A stretch of 64,000 nt of DNA from an uncultured delta proteobacterium (GCA_963787125.1 CAWBBV010000006.1:220725-284724); one strand, 5' to 3'. Numbered from the stretch's first letter, positions 53,498-63,681 are shown. The notes: generated from the sequence alone by a model not told the origin. A program made the numbers and translations.

Positions 53498-54082
53498 TTA
53501 CTTCCAAACCTTCCAGCCATCATTTGTTAAAACCACTTTTATATCGTATTCGGCAGTCTCTTCCTTGGCCTCGCTATTTAGCAATTTCATTAACTCAGTA
53601 GGAATTACTTTGCACTTATATTTAACTGTGGACGCTTTTGAACCAGTCGAATCAGGAGCAGGTTCAGTGAACTGTAACACCTCCAAGACTTCTAGGTTAG
53701 CGGCCTTAAGTCCTTTGTCTTTTACAAAGAATTTCATGCCCTGATCAGAAATGGAGAATATGATGGCGTTTTGAAGCACATTGTTAACATAATACGACGT
53801 CCCGCCAGGATGGGTCTCTTTCGCATTTAGTACTCCGGCTTTAACCATCTTCTGAAATAGCCCCCTATTAGGGAAGTCTTCCATTATTCCAATCTTGAAT
53901 GGGAACTCCTTGGTGTCCTGATAGAATCCAGCATTGTCTTTGGCCCATTCTGCCACAGCCTTCTTGAAATTCTCTTTGCTGGGTGATTTGGCTGAAGAAC
54001 ATCCGCTCGCGAACAGGCAACACAACATCAGACACAAAAATAATACCTTGGATAGCATTTTCATTTTACTCGATCCTCCCAT
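53498..54082 (-). CDS. Hypothetical lipoprotein
   Basis: ASGC lipobox; C-terminal LTNDGW. Confidence 0.65.
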   Translation of the reverse strand: MGGSSKMKMLSKVLFLCLMLCCLFASGCSSAKSPSKENFKKAVAEWAKDNAGFYQDTKEFPFKIGIMEDFPNRGLFQKMVKAGVLNAKETHPGGTSYYVNNVLQNAIIFSISDQGMKFFVKDKGLKAANLEVLEVLQFTEPAPDSTGSKASTVKYKCKVIPTELMKLLNSEAKEETAEYDIKVVLTNDGWKVWK

Positions 54083-54130
54083 GTGTATATTGGCATTTTA
54101 GTGAACTCTTGACTGCAATTACCAGTTGTT

Positions 54131-54275
54131 TGTGAATCACATCTAATTCTAACCCATCATCGGCGTTTAAAAGTGACCCACAGAAACCTTAACGGGCTGA
54201 TTTAAGATAATTTATGGAGAAACATGGGTCGAAATTTAACACTGATGATGGGTCTAATTACGACGCCATTTCACA
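54131..54275. mobile_element. MITE-like remnant with IS21-type ends
   Basis: ~50-bp imperfect inverted repeats: TGTGAATCACATCTAATTCTAACCCATCATCGGCGTTTAAAAGTGACCCA vs reverse complement TGTGAAATGGCGTCGTAATTAGACCCATCATCAGTGTTAAATTTCGACCCA; no ORF. Confidence 0.6.
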
Positions 54276-54429
54276 CTCTCTGCTGATAGTCAATAATACT
54301 GACATGTTAGTCGTTTCTATATATTTCATTTTGATCATAACTTAATTTGCTGAGTACTCAGCCGGTGTTTGGCTTTGATCCATCCACAGTCCAATGCTAC
54401 CATTTAAAGCACTACATGGATTTGTTCAC

Positions 54430-54570
54430 AGCGGCTGGAATTCGGCATTGCTGCCCTTACTTTCACGCACAAAAACGTTTATATTGTCGCCGGTCATCAT
54501 GTATTGCTTGCTCCCTTGCATGTGCTGGGTCACGAGTACATAGGATTCTCCACGCTTGTCGTAGCCAATA
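54430..54570 (-). repeat. Truncated second copy of the 3' end of the pilin-like gene (matches 55489-55629)
   Basis: ~140-bp direct repeat with a few substitutions. Confidence 0.9.
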
Positions 54571-54574
54571 AGGG

Positions 54575-54860
54575 CGTACTATCACTTGAGGTTCAGCGCA
54601 AAGTTGTCAACAGCATCTGTGTAGCTACAGTCTTCCATCTGCTGGATATGGACGAGCCCAAGCATGGCATAGAGCTCATTGCTCTTTCGACCTCTGCACT
54701 CATCGTAAAACGGAAAGAGTTTCTCTGCCTGGAGATTGTGCAGTATCTCTTCCCGAAATAGATGTGCCCATGATGATTCCAAAAGAGCAAGACGCTTTGG
54801 CCATGATGAGCAAACGGGGTGAACATGTCACGTTGTTTGTGGTCTTTTACGTGAATCATC
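54575..54860 (-). pseudogene. Transposase N-terminal remnant
   Basis: MIHVKDHKQRDMF... then a frameshift to SWAHLFREEIL...GRKSNELYAMLG...QQMED, then a stop. Confidence 0.6.
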
Positions 54861-55002
54861 TGATTTCCTTGCAACATGCTGTTATTACAAGAAGTTTATA
54901 GCATGAAACCAGGTCAAGCACAAGCAATATTAGTGATTTTGCTCAACAATATCAGATGGTTAACACGGCTTGCGCTTTTGCGGTCGCTTCAGATTTAATA
55001 AG

Positions 55003-55401
55003 TCACACTTTGTGGCAAAACAGGCAGCGCATTGGCCCAGTGGTTGGCTTTCCCGGGTGCTTTACGGGGAACTTGACCCTGTTTCCGTCGTGGCACTCGG
55101 CGCACAGAGGGTCAATGTCGATCTTGCTCTTCCCGGACTTCATCAGGTCATGGAATCTCAAGTGATTTGAATCCTTAGGGAGTTTTTTGGTCTTCTCCTC
55201 ACCGGATATTCCCCAGAAAACGCCGAGAACCGACAGCAGGAATAGGAGCCCTCCTGTAGCCACAACGATAAGGACAATGACCAGAGCTTTGTTACCCCCT
55301 TTCTTCATCACCTGCCGCACGCCGCAAAGCGGGCAAACCTCTGACGCTGCATCAATCTTCCCGCCACAGTCAGCACAGAATTTCATCTTATCTCCATTCA
55401 A
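55003..55401 (-). CDS. Zinc-ribbon + TM + di-heme c-type cytochrome-like protein
   Basis: KFCADCG...CPLCGVRQ; TM; CAECH and CLFCH. Confidence 0.7.
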   Translation of the reverse strand: MNGDKMKFCADCGGKIDAASEVCPLCGVRQVMKKGGNKALVIVLIVVATGGLLFLLSVLGVFWGISGEEKTKKLPKDSNHLRFHDLMKSGKSKIDIDPLCAECHDGNRVKFPVKHPGKPTTGPMRCLFCHKV

Positions 55402-55481
55402 TGAGCCACTTTCTGTTCAGTTATAAGATGGCCTTGAGCCATCAAAAGCCCAGGGGGTTCCTTTTTTCAAGTCCGCCAGGA

Positions 55482-55982
55482 CTAGTTCAGCGGCAAGAAT
55501 TCGGCATTGCTGTCCTTACTTTCACGCGCAAAAACGTTTATATTGTCGCCGGTCATCATGTATTGCTTGCTCCCTTGCATGTGCTGGGTCACGAGAACAT
55601 ATGATTCTCCACGCTTGTCGTAGCCAATATCTACATTCTTGGAGACATTTCCACAGCTTGTCTCGGCAAGAGAGGTTGGATACTTCTGCTTGTCAGCATA
55701 ATAGGACTCAAGGCAGGTTTTAGCGTTCCTGATGTCAGATATTGCCGCTGAGTTATAACCTTTCATCCGATAGGCAGAAAACTGCGGAATGCTAATTGCG
55801 GCCAGGATACCGATGAACACGACCCCCACTAAAAGTACAACAACCATGATAATGACCCATGAAGGGCCTTTGGTCTTCTTCTGTATTTGCCGTACACCAC
55901 ACTTCGGGCAAATCTCAGCCTTGCTGTTGATCTGCTCGCCACAGTCGGCGCAAAATTTTACCTGTGCATTTACTTCAGCCAT
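55482..55982 (-). CDS. Zinc-ribbon + type IV pilin (PilA-like) fusion
   Basis: KFCADCG...CPKCGVRQ; IGILAAISIPQFSAYRMKGYNSAAISDIRNAKT.LESYYAD...YP; no G^FxxxE cleavage site. Confidence 0.78.
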   Translation of the reverse strand: MAEVNAQVKFCADCGEQINSKAEICPKCGVRQIQKKTKGPSWVIIMVVVLLVGVVFIGILAAISIPQFSAYRMKGYNSAAISDIRNAKTCLESYYADKQKYPTSLAETSCGNVSKNVDIGYDKRGESYVLVTQHMQGSKQYMMTGDNINVFARESKDSNAEFLPLN

Positions 55983-55994
55983 TTTGAGTCCTCT

Positions 55995-56306
55995 CTATGA
56001 ACAGTATTTTGCATCAAAATCTGCATCGGACATGGTGAGATAGATGATACCCTCTATCAAGCCGACAATCGCCGGTATTAACGTCCAGCAGAGCAGAATA
56101 TAGATCAGCCCGCGCAAAGTGTTCCCAAGGTAAAAGTGGTGCACACCTAAGCCACCTATCAGGATCCCAAGGATTGCTGCCGTCACCCGTTTGCCACCAG
56201 CTCCGCCACCGGTGGCAGGTTGCCGGACACCGCATTTCGGACAGATCTCGGCCTTCACATTCAACTCATTACCGCATGTCGTACAAAACTTCACATTTCC
56301 AGCCAT
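55995..56306 (-). CDS. Zinc-ribbon + TM2 (NINE) domain protein
   Basis: KFCTTCG...CPKCGVRQ; AAILGILIGGLGVHHFYLG...IEGIIYL. Confidence 0.85.
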   Translation of the reverse strand: MAGNVKFCTTCGNELNVKAEICPKCGVRQPATGGGAGGKRVTAAILGILIGGLGVHHFYLGNTLRGLIYILLCWTLIPAIVGLIEGIIYLTMSDADFDAKYCS

Positions 56307-56331
56307 ACTCCCTCCTTATGAATGAAATTAC

Positions 56332-56652
56332 TCATTGAGCCAATGACGTACCACACTCGCTGCAAAAACTTGCTGTAGCCGACATTCGCACACCACACGA
56401 TTTACAAAACCTGTCAATACTGGTCCTGGCCACTCCGCCCTCTATCCGCTGACCTCTACCGACAACATAATAGACGACCATCCCAATCAGCGGCAGGAGA
56501 ATTACCAGTACAAGCCAAACCACCTTATTATTACCAGGATACTCGGACTTGATGATTTCAACTAAGCAGAGTACCCAGATCACGGTGGACGCTAATCCGA
56601 GCAATAAAATAAAAATCACAAATAACTCAGGGAATCCAAATCCTAACATCAT
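56332..56652 (-). CDS. PLDc_N-like membrane protein with C-terminal zinc ribbon
   Basis: NKVVWLVLVILLPLIG..VY..VGR; FCKSCG...FCSECG. Confidence 0.75.
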   Translation of the reverse strand: MMLGFGFPELFVIFILLLGLASTVIWVLCLVEIIKSEYPGNNKVVWLVLVILLPLIGMVVYYVVGRGQRIEGGVARTSIDRFCKSCGVRMSATASFCSECGTSLAQ

Positions 56653-56682
56653 CGCGCTCCCATCATTTATCTGCTTTTATGA

Positions 56683-58629
56683 TTATCGCTTATTCTCAGC
56701 TACTTGTTGAGCCATCTGATCACGGTACATGCCCTGCATTGCCGAGAAGCCCCATAACCAACTACCGTAACGGGAGAACTTGGCTTCTTTGATTTTCAGT
56801 TCCCCATAAACCCCTTTAAGGAGTTTAGCGCCAGCCAGCAAGTTCTCTGTTGTAAAGACATCCTTGACAGAGTTTGCCTGCTTATTTGTCCACTCTTTCA
56901 CTTCAGCACTTTTAATCTTATCAATATTGACGGTATAGATTGTGTCAGGGTTCTTTTCCAACTTCTTAATAAATCCATCAATATCTGTCAGTGACAACTT
57001 CATAAAGCCTTCTTGGTTGCCGGGATGAGTAAGTGTAGCAATTGCCCAAGCAATACCACCGACAAGATAGACAGGGCGACGGTTCTTGTAGCCAGGTTTT
57101 TTCTGCGACTCTGCACGCAATTTCCCCAACAGTTGTTCTTTGAGAATCTTGTCGGCGGTAGAACCAAACTTGTCGCCACTCTGGTCGGCCTTGTTGATAG
57201 CATCAGTGAAAGTGACCGTGCCAAGCGGAATCTCAGTTGATACAGCTCTCCACCCACCAGACGGGTCCATATAGCCAATCTTGGTGTTACCGCTACCGAT
57301 ATCAAGGGAAAGGGACTTGTCGCGGTTCTTTGAGGGGATAGCCCCTGCGATGTTAAAGAGAACTTCCTGCTCAACGGTTATGAAAGACAACTCCTTGCCA
57401 GTCAGCTCCTTGACCTTGTCAGTAAGTTTGTCTTTGTTTTTGGCTTTCCAGAGGGCGCTGCTGCCTGCAACAAATATGTCGTTCGGATTTATCTGAAGTT
57501 TTCCGGTCAGCTGCTCGTAGATATCCTTCACAGCTTTTGCTGTCTCGTCTATTGAGGATTGGTCAAACTCGCCGCGTTCTTTTACACCGGCGATGATGGT
57601 GGTATTGATGGAACGACGAAACTTTTCATTAACGTCGTAGTCATCATCACCTATGGGGGTCATCACTACCACATTTGCCTTGACCCCTTTGGCCCCGATT
57701 TCGATACCGGCAACCGTCTGCGGTGCGTTGAGTTTATCTAAAGATGATTGAGCATCATCTGCTGCTCCTGTTGCCCCGAGTTTCTTTAACAGAACAGCAG
57801 CCGCCTGAAGGTATTTTCTTGCGGAAGCACGGTCGCCTGTATCTTTGTAGAGCCAACCAATATACTTAAATGCAATCCCTTCCCAGTAACTATCTCCTGC
57901 CTTACGGATACGTTCCAAACCATCCAGCAGTGTTTTTTCTGCATCAGCATAGTCACCTTTTTGCCTGTATGTATCGCCAAGGTTTAATAGCTTTTGTGCA
58001 GCACCGTGATAATCGCCACTCCGCACGCTGATATCAAAAGCCTTCTGAAGGTTTTCAATGCCAGCGGTAAAATTTCCCTTCTGATTATAGATAATGGCAA
58101 TATTGTTGTATGTGGTTGCCTTTGAGTTCTCTTCTTTTGCTTGTGAAAGCGACTGCTGATAATAATCTAGCGCCTTATCAAGTTGACCATTTGAATCAAA
58201 AACACTTGCGATGTTGTTTAATAGTGATGCCTCCATGTCGGGTTCACCTGATTCACGGGCTAGACCAAGTGATCGTTCATAATAATTGAGAGCAGCGGCA
58301 CTATCACCTTTTTTCACTACAACCATCCCAAGTTGGTTGTAAATGTACATCAGATCAGTTTTGTTTGAGGTAAACTGCTCCGCCTGTTTAAATGCTTCCA
58401 GTGCATCATTGAGTTTTCCTGATAATCTGTAGGCTTTGCCAAGGCAGAAATTTGCACCGATGTCTTTCTGAGAAGACTTTACGGCACGTCGACCGCTTTC
58501 AATGGCGCGCGCATAGTCGCCACTTTCTAGAAAGTTGTTACAGGCCTCTTTATCCGTAACCGCAAATGTCAAAGAAGTGCTGGTAACAATAACCAGCATG
58601 GAGATTACCGCCAAAAACCATTTTTTCAT
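56683..58629 (-). CDS. Secreted TPR-repeat protein with C-terminal Ppx/GppA-like (ASKHA) domain
   Basis: Signal peptide from the ATG at 58629; multiple TPRs; GIEIGAKGVK, EQE, LDIGSGNTK, GGIAWA. Confidence 0.75.
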   Translation of the reverse strand: MKKWFLAVISMLVIVTSTSLTFAVTDKEACNNFLESGDYARAIESGRRAVKSSQKDIGANFCLGKAYRLSGKLNDALEAFKQAEQFTSNKTDLMYIYNQLGMVVVKKGDSAAALNYYERSLGLARESGEPDMEASLLNNIASVFDSNGQLDKALDYYQQSLSQAKEENSKATTYNNIAIIYNQKGNFTAGIENLQKAFDISVRSGDYHGAAQKLLNLGDTYRQKGDYADAEKTLLDGLERIRKAGDSYWEGIAFKYIGWLYKDTGDRASARKYLQAAAVLLKKLGATGAADDAQSSLDKLNAPQTVAGIEIGAKGVKANVVVMTPIGDDDYDVNEKFRRSINTTIIAGVKERGEFDQSSIDETAKAVKDIYEQLTGKLQINPNDIFVAGSSALWKAKNKDKLTDKVKELTGKELSFITVEQEVLFNIAGAIPSKNRDKSLSLDIGSGNTKIGYMDPSGGWRAVSTEIPLGTVTFTDAINKADQSGDKFGSTADKILKEQLLGKLRAESQKKPGYKNRRPVYLVGGIAWAIATLTHPGNQEGFMKLSLTDIDGFIKKLEKNPDTIYTVNIDKIKSAEVKEWTNKQANSVKDVFTTENLLAGAKLLKGVYGELKIKEAKFSRYGSWLWGFSAMQGMYRDQMAQQVAENKR

Positions 58630-59096
58630 TATTCGCTCCACGTTTAGATTTGAACCAAATATCATTGCAATATGGTTTCGGCTCATTCTGAAGAATCATT
58701 CTCTTCGTCATCAGTATTACCGATTGTTATGGTTGTCTCACCATCACGCTGCCTACCACATTCCCTGCAGTTACTGTAAATGCCGCTATATTCAGTTCCG
58801 CTGCAAATTGATTTTACTGTAACCTTCTTCGTGCCGCCACTCGCGCAGTTATGAGTTTTGCCACTATTCTTATTCAGAATTTAGTTGGCGCTTTAAATAC
58901 AATGTTAATTAAATTAAATCAAGCTTTTATTCGCCTTCCAGTCGCCAACAGTGTCAGGCCGCACACATTTCACCCCTGAAAACTGACCAAATATTTCGAC
59001 CGATTCTAGCGCTTTTCTCATTTATTCGGAGCTTACCGCTATTCTCCCGGCGTATAACAATCAAGATCCTCGCTCTCCTGCTTCGGTGCCTGGTTA

Positions 59097-59888
59097 TCAC
59101 CCCACCCTCGGCACAAAAAACTTCGCCCGCAAAAGCTTGGCCTTTCTGTCATCAAAACCGTTCAATCCGCCGTTGATTCTCCTGGTGATGGTGGTGATAT
59201 CGTCCTTGTCGGCCAGCTGGTTGAGATTGTGAGTTGTCCAGAACCAGCAGGCCACGTCCACAGCTGTCTCCGGGTCGCTGGCGATCAGCTTTGCCCCATC
59301 AATGGTGGTGTAGTCGACCCTGCGGGCTTTGCCGTAGGCGATGTAGTTGCTCCGGCCGGTCAGCTGAATCAGGCCGCGCCCCTTGAAGCGGCGGCCGTCC
59401 CCCGGCTGGCTGTTGCCCAGATCCTTGCGCCCTTCGTAGGCATCGCCGCTGGCGAGCTCTTCGCAGTAGCGCAGTTCGCCGCTTTCATGGCCAACCTGGG
59501 CAAGAAAGTGGGCAACCCGCAGCGGCGTGCTTATGCCGTTGGCAGGCATTTTGTCGGCCAATGCCTGCCAGTAGCGGCTTACCAACTTGTCGCCGGCGTT
59601 GATGTAGATTCCTTGCAGCACCCTGGCGCAGAAAGTGGGAATCCCCTTGGCCATGGTCAGGATGGTTTTGCCACCGGGGTCAATCTTGCCGTCGGGAGTG
59701 GCGCTGCCCACGATATCCCGCTGGAACGTCTCTATCGCCCTTTGAGTGGCCTTGCCATAAGCGCCGTCCTCCGCCAGCTCAGCTAGCTGCGGCAGCTTGC
59801 CAAGGTGCATACTAAGAAGGATCTGCACGGTTTTGACGTCGCTGTTACCGTTTTTACAGTCACGGCCGACTGCTGCGGTTATGCACAT
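59097..59888 (-). CDS. GH19 lysozyme/chitinase with N-terminal peptidoglycan-binding-like domain
   Basis: DG.YG..T..AI..FQ; HFLAQVGHESG, FKGRGLIQLTGR.NY, TRRINGG.NG..DR. Confidence 0.9.
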   Translation of the reverse strand: MCITAAVGRDCKNGNSDVKTVQILLSMHLGKLPQLAELAEDGAYGKATQRAIETFQRDIVGSATPDGKIDPGGKTILTMAKGIPTFCARVLQGIYINAGDKLVSRYWQALADKMPANGISTPLRVAHFLAQVGHESGELRYCEELASGDAYEGRKDLGNSQPGDGRRFKGRGLIQLTGRSNYIAYGKARRVDYTTIDGAKLIASDPETAVDVACWFWTTHNLNQLADKDDITTITRRINGGLNGFDDRKAKLLRAKFFVPRVG

Positions 59889-60139
59889 GGGAGACTCCTT
59901 CAAAGATGGGTGCTGCGCCCTCTCTCCTGTCGCCTTTCCTGCGGATAGACCTTTTCATACTTATAATCAGATTCTTAGCAGATTGCATCAGAAGTTATCC
60001 GTGTGAAACGTTTTTGACCTTGAGCTGCTTTACCCATGCCCCTTATTCATGACAACTCTTCCCTCGGAGCAGCTACTAACCACCCTCCTTGCAATCCACC
60101 CCTCTTCTCCTTTATACTCCGGGACAAGGAGAGCTTATT

Positions 60140-61168
60140 GTGCCTGAAACCGTAACATTCCATCCCGAGCTGCTCGACAGCCACTGCATCGTCGACGCCC
60201 GGACCCCGCTGGAATTCGCCGAAGATCATCTTCCCGGAGCAATCAATGTGCCGCTCCTCAGCAACGAAGAACGGGTAGAAATCGGTACCCTTTACAAGCA
60301 GCAGGGGGCTCACATTGCCCGCATCAGAGGGCTGGAGCTGACTGCCGGCCGCTTTCCGCAGATTGTTGCCGAGATCGCCGCTGCTGCTTCAGGCCGTCCG
60401 ATTCTGGTTTACTGCTGGCGCGGCGGGCTGCGCAGCAAAACCATTGCCGCCATCCTGGATCTTACCGGCTTTCCGGTACAGCAGCTGGTCGGCGGCTACA
60501 AGGCTTTCCGCCATCAGGTATCCGCCTGTTTTGATAATTTTACCCCCCTCGCGCCGCTGGTTGTGCTCCACGGCATGACCGGTATCGGCAAGACGACGCT
60601 GCTGACGCTCCTTAGCCAGCGGGGTGAAGCCGTCATCGATCTTGAAGGCGTTGCCTGTCACCGGGGCTCTGCTTTCGGCTCTCTCGGCTTAAGTCAGGAT
60701 CATCTTACCCAGAAGCATTTTGAAACCCTGCTCTGGGAGGCCTTCAGAAAACTCCCCCCGGGGAAAACCATCTATCTTGAAGGCGAGAGCAGAAGGATCG
60801 GCAAGATGACGCTGCCGGGCAACCTGTATGAGGTCATGGCTGACAGCGTCAAGGTCTGGTGCACCGCCTCGCTTGCCACCAGAGTCGGAAGGCTTACCGA
60901 CGAATACGGCTTGAGAGAGTATGAAGAAGGGCTGACAGAGGCGCTCCAGAAAATCAAGAAGAGGCTGGGTGGCGATAAATACCTTGAGATAGCCGGCTAT
61001 CTTGAGCGCTGGGAGATGGAGCCGTTCATGACTGAACTGATTGTCAGCTATTATGACAAGCTGTACTACAAGGTGCGCGACTGGAAAGAGGATCTGACCC
61101 TGTCACTGGAAGACTTTGAGGCCGCTGCCGATGAGCTGGTGAAGGGATTTGCCGCCTTACGGGTATGA
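60140..61168 (+). CDS. mnmH: tRNA 2-selenouridine synthase
   Basis: Rhodanese DAR.P.EF..DHLPGA, YCWRGGLRS, GMTGIGKT, DLEG.A.HRGSAFG, EGES.RIG. Confidence 0.93.
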   Translation: MPETVTFHPELLDSHCIVDARTPLEFAEDHLPGAINVPLLSNEERVEIGTLYKQQGAHIARIRGLELTAGRFPQIVAEIAAAASGRPILVYCWRGGLRSKTIAAILDLTGFPVQQLVGGYKAFRHQVSACFDNFTPLAPLVVLHGMTGIGKTTLLTLLSQRGEAVIDLEGVACHRGSAFGSLGLSQDHLTQKHFETLLWEAFRKLPPGKTIYLEGESRRIGKMTLPGNLYEVMADSVKVWCTASLATRVGRLTDEYGLREYEEGLTEALQKIKKRLGGDKYLEIAGYLERWEMEPFMTELIVSYYDKLYYKVRDWKEDLTLSLEDFEAAADELVKGFAALRV

Positions 61169-61194
61169 GGACGACTACAAATAACTGAGAGCCA

Positions 61195-62412
61195 ATGGCC
61201 AATCTGAACCGCAATATAGTCCTGCTGTTTACAACCCGCACCCTCAGGCTCTTTGGCTACGGTTTTCTCTCGGTCATCCTTGCACTCTACCTCTCGGAAG
61301 CGGGCCTGAACGACTTTTCCATGGGGCTGCTGTTCTCGTTGACCCTTGTCGGTGACGCCGGCATATCGCTCCTGCTGACAACCACTGCTGATCGCTTCGG
61401 CCGCAAAAAAACCCTCATCATCGGCGCAGGTCTCATGATGCTGGCCGGTATCGTTTTCGTACTGACCAATAACCCGCTGCTGCTTATTATTGCCGCGATC
61501 ATCGGAGTAATCAGCCCGAGCGGCAATGAAATAGGGCCTTTTCTTCCTGTTGAACAGGCAATGCTCTCCCAGCTTGTGGAAAAAGAGCAGCGCACGAAGC
61601 TGTTCGCCTGGTACAATCTGAGCGGCTCCCTGGCGACGGCCTGCGGCGCGCTCGCCGGCGGCTTTCTGGCCAAAATACTGCAAAGCCGCGGCTTGAGCCC
61701 GTTCGACTCCTATCGAGTGGTCCTGCTCGGCTACGCTCTTATCGGCGGCCTGCTGGCGCTGGTTTTCACCGGCCTTTCCCGGGAGTGTGAGGTCGCTCAA
61801 CCTGTTTCTCCGGCTGCGCCGCAAAACCGCTTTGGACTGCATAAGTCTCGCGGTGTGGTTTTCAAACTCTCCCTGCTCTTTTCCCTTGATGCCTTTGCGG
61901 GCGGCTTTGTCCTGCAGAGCTTTATCGCCTACTGGTTTCATGTCCACTACGGCGCTGATGAAGCAGCGCTTGGGAGTATTTTTTTCGGGGCCAACCTGCT
62001 GGCAGGACTGTCGGCGCTCCTGGCCGTACCACTGGCGAAAAAAATCGGCCTGATCCGAACCATGGTCTTTACCCATCTGCCGTCAAACATCCTGTTGATC
62101 CTTGTGCCGCTCATGCCGAATTTCCCGCTGGCAATCACTGTCCTGCTCCTGCGCTTCAGCATTTCCCAGATGGATGTGCCGACACGCCAGGCCTATACCA
62201 TGGCGGTGGTCGATCCGGACGAGCGTTCTGCGGCAGCGGGCATTACCGGCATTGCCCGCTCGGTCGGCGCCTCCCTCTCGCCGGTTGTGGCCGGTGCCCT
62301 TTTGTCCCTGCTTCCGGGCAGCCCGTTCATCATCGCCGGCGGTCTTAAAATTGTCTATGATCTGATTCTGTATCGGAGTTTCAAGGCATCCAATGTTGCC
62401 GATGGTGCATAA
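61195..62412 (+). CDS. MFS transporter
   Basis: ADRFGRKK motif A; ~12 TM; SQMDVPTRQ. Confidence 0.9.
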   Translation: MANLNRNIVLLFTTRTLRLFGYGFLSVILALYLSEAGLNDFSMGLLFSLTLVGDAGISLLLTTTADRFGRKKTLIIGAGLMMLAGIVFVLTNNPLLLIIAAIIGVISPSGNEIGPFLPVEQAMLSQLVEKEQRTKLFAWYNLSGSLATACGALAGGFLAKILQSRGLSPFDSYRVVLLGYALIGGLLALVFTGLSRECEVAQPVSPAAPQNRFGLHKSRGVVFKLSLLFSLDAFAGGFVLQSFIAYWFHVHYGADEAALGSIFFGANLLAGLSALLAVPLAKKIGLIRTMVFTHLPSNILLILVPLMPNFPLAITVLLLRFSISQMDVPTRQAYTMAVVDPDERSAAAGITGIARSVGASLSPVVAGALLSLLPGSPFIIAGGLKIVYDLILYRSFKASNVADGA

Positions 62413-62443
62413 AAAAAGGCCCACGTAAAACGTGAGCCTTTTT
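62411..62443. terminator. Bidirectional terminator between the convergent MFS and moeA genes
   Basis: AAAAAAAGGCCCACG-TAAAA-CGTGAGCCTTTTT. Confidence 0.7.
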
Positions 62444-62464
62444 ATTTAACCGTGACTGGACTGT

Positions 62465-63681
62465 TTAAGCCGTCAGCATTGACAGGTCATGGAGGAAATG
62501 AAAATCTATCACTGCTCCTTTTCTGACGGTCGCACACTCTGCCGGCAGGATGCCGACAACATCGGCATTGAGGAGCGTTTTCTGCAGGCCGGTCTGCTGA
62601 TTGCCGGCAGAGGTTAACCTGAAAGTGTCGCCATCCCGTTTAACTTTCAGCCTGATGATACCCGCCTTCCCTGCCTTCTTCTGAAGATCCTCCTCCAGCA
62701 CCCCCTTGAAAAGCGGCCTGAAGGTTGCGGCATGCCCCATCATCCGCAACAGTGCCGGCCGGGTGAACTCTTCGAAGGTAAGCAGCGACGAAACCGGATT
62801 TCCGGGGAGCGAGAAGACCGGAACAGCTCCTTTAATGCCAAAAGCTGTCGGCCCTCCCGGCTTGACTGCCACCTTCCAGAAGAGAGGCTCCACCCCTGCC
62901 GCACCCAGTACCTCGCGGACCAGATCCCGCTCGCCGGCAGAAACTCCGGCGGTGGTTATCAGAACATCATACTTGAGACCTTCGGCTATCTTCTCCTCCA
63001 GGCTTGCCACGGTATCCGCTGCAATCCCCAAAAGGACAGGTTCCCCGCCTGCCTCCATAACTGCTGCAGCCAGAGCATAAGCGTTACTGTTGATAATTTT
63101 CCCTTCCGGCAGCGATTCAGACGGCTCCACCAGTTCATCACCGGTAGAAAGTATGGCAACCCGGACCCGCCTGAACACTGCCAATGACATGACTCCCGCC
63201 GCCACCAGCATGCTGACCTCTGCCGGCCGGATCAGAGTCCCGCCAGTGACAACAGGGTCTCCAAGGTTCATGTCTTCACCGGCAAAGCGGAGATGCTGCC
63301 CCTTTTTGACCCCTTCCGGCGTGGTGATTCTGTCGCCGCTATCAGCCAGCAGCTCTTCAAAAGGGATTACGGCATCAAATCCGGGCGGAATCGGCGCACC
63401 GGTCATTATCTTGATTGCCGATAAGGGGACTGACTCTTCCAGCAGGGACTCACCCGCCATAACGGCGCCAACAACCGGCAGTTCAGCTGAAACGCTGCAC
63501 TCATGAGCCCTGACAGCGTAACCGTCCATGGCAGAGTTATCAAAGGAGGGGAGGCTCCGACTCCGCCGACTGTTGCCGCTGCCACCATGCCAAGGGTCTG
63601 CAGGGTAGGCAGGGTTGTCAGCGGCAGCGGTTTGACCGATTCAAGAATAAGATTTCTCGCTTCATCAAACTGGAGAAGCAC
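62465..63681 (-). CDS. moeA: Molybdopterin molybdotransferase MoeA, apparent frameshift at ~63545-63575
   Basis: N-part FDEA..LIL; the other frame gives LPSFDNSAMDGYAV, IMTGA.IP, STGDEL, KPGGP, LPGNPVS. Confidence 0.9.
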
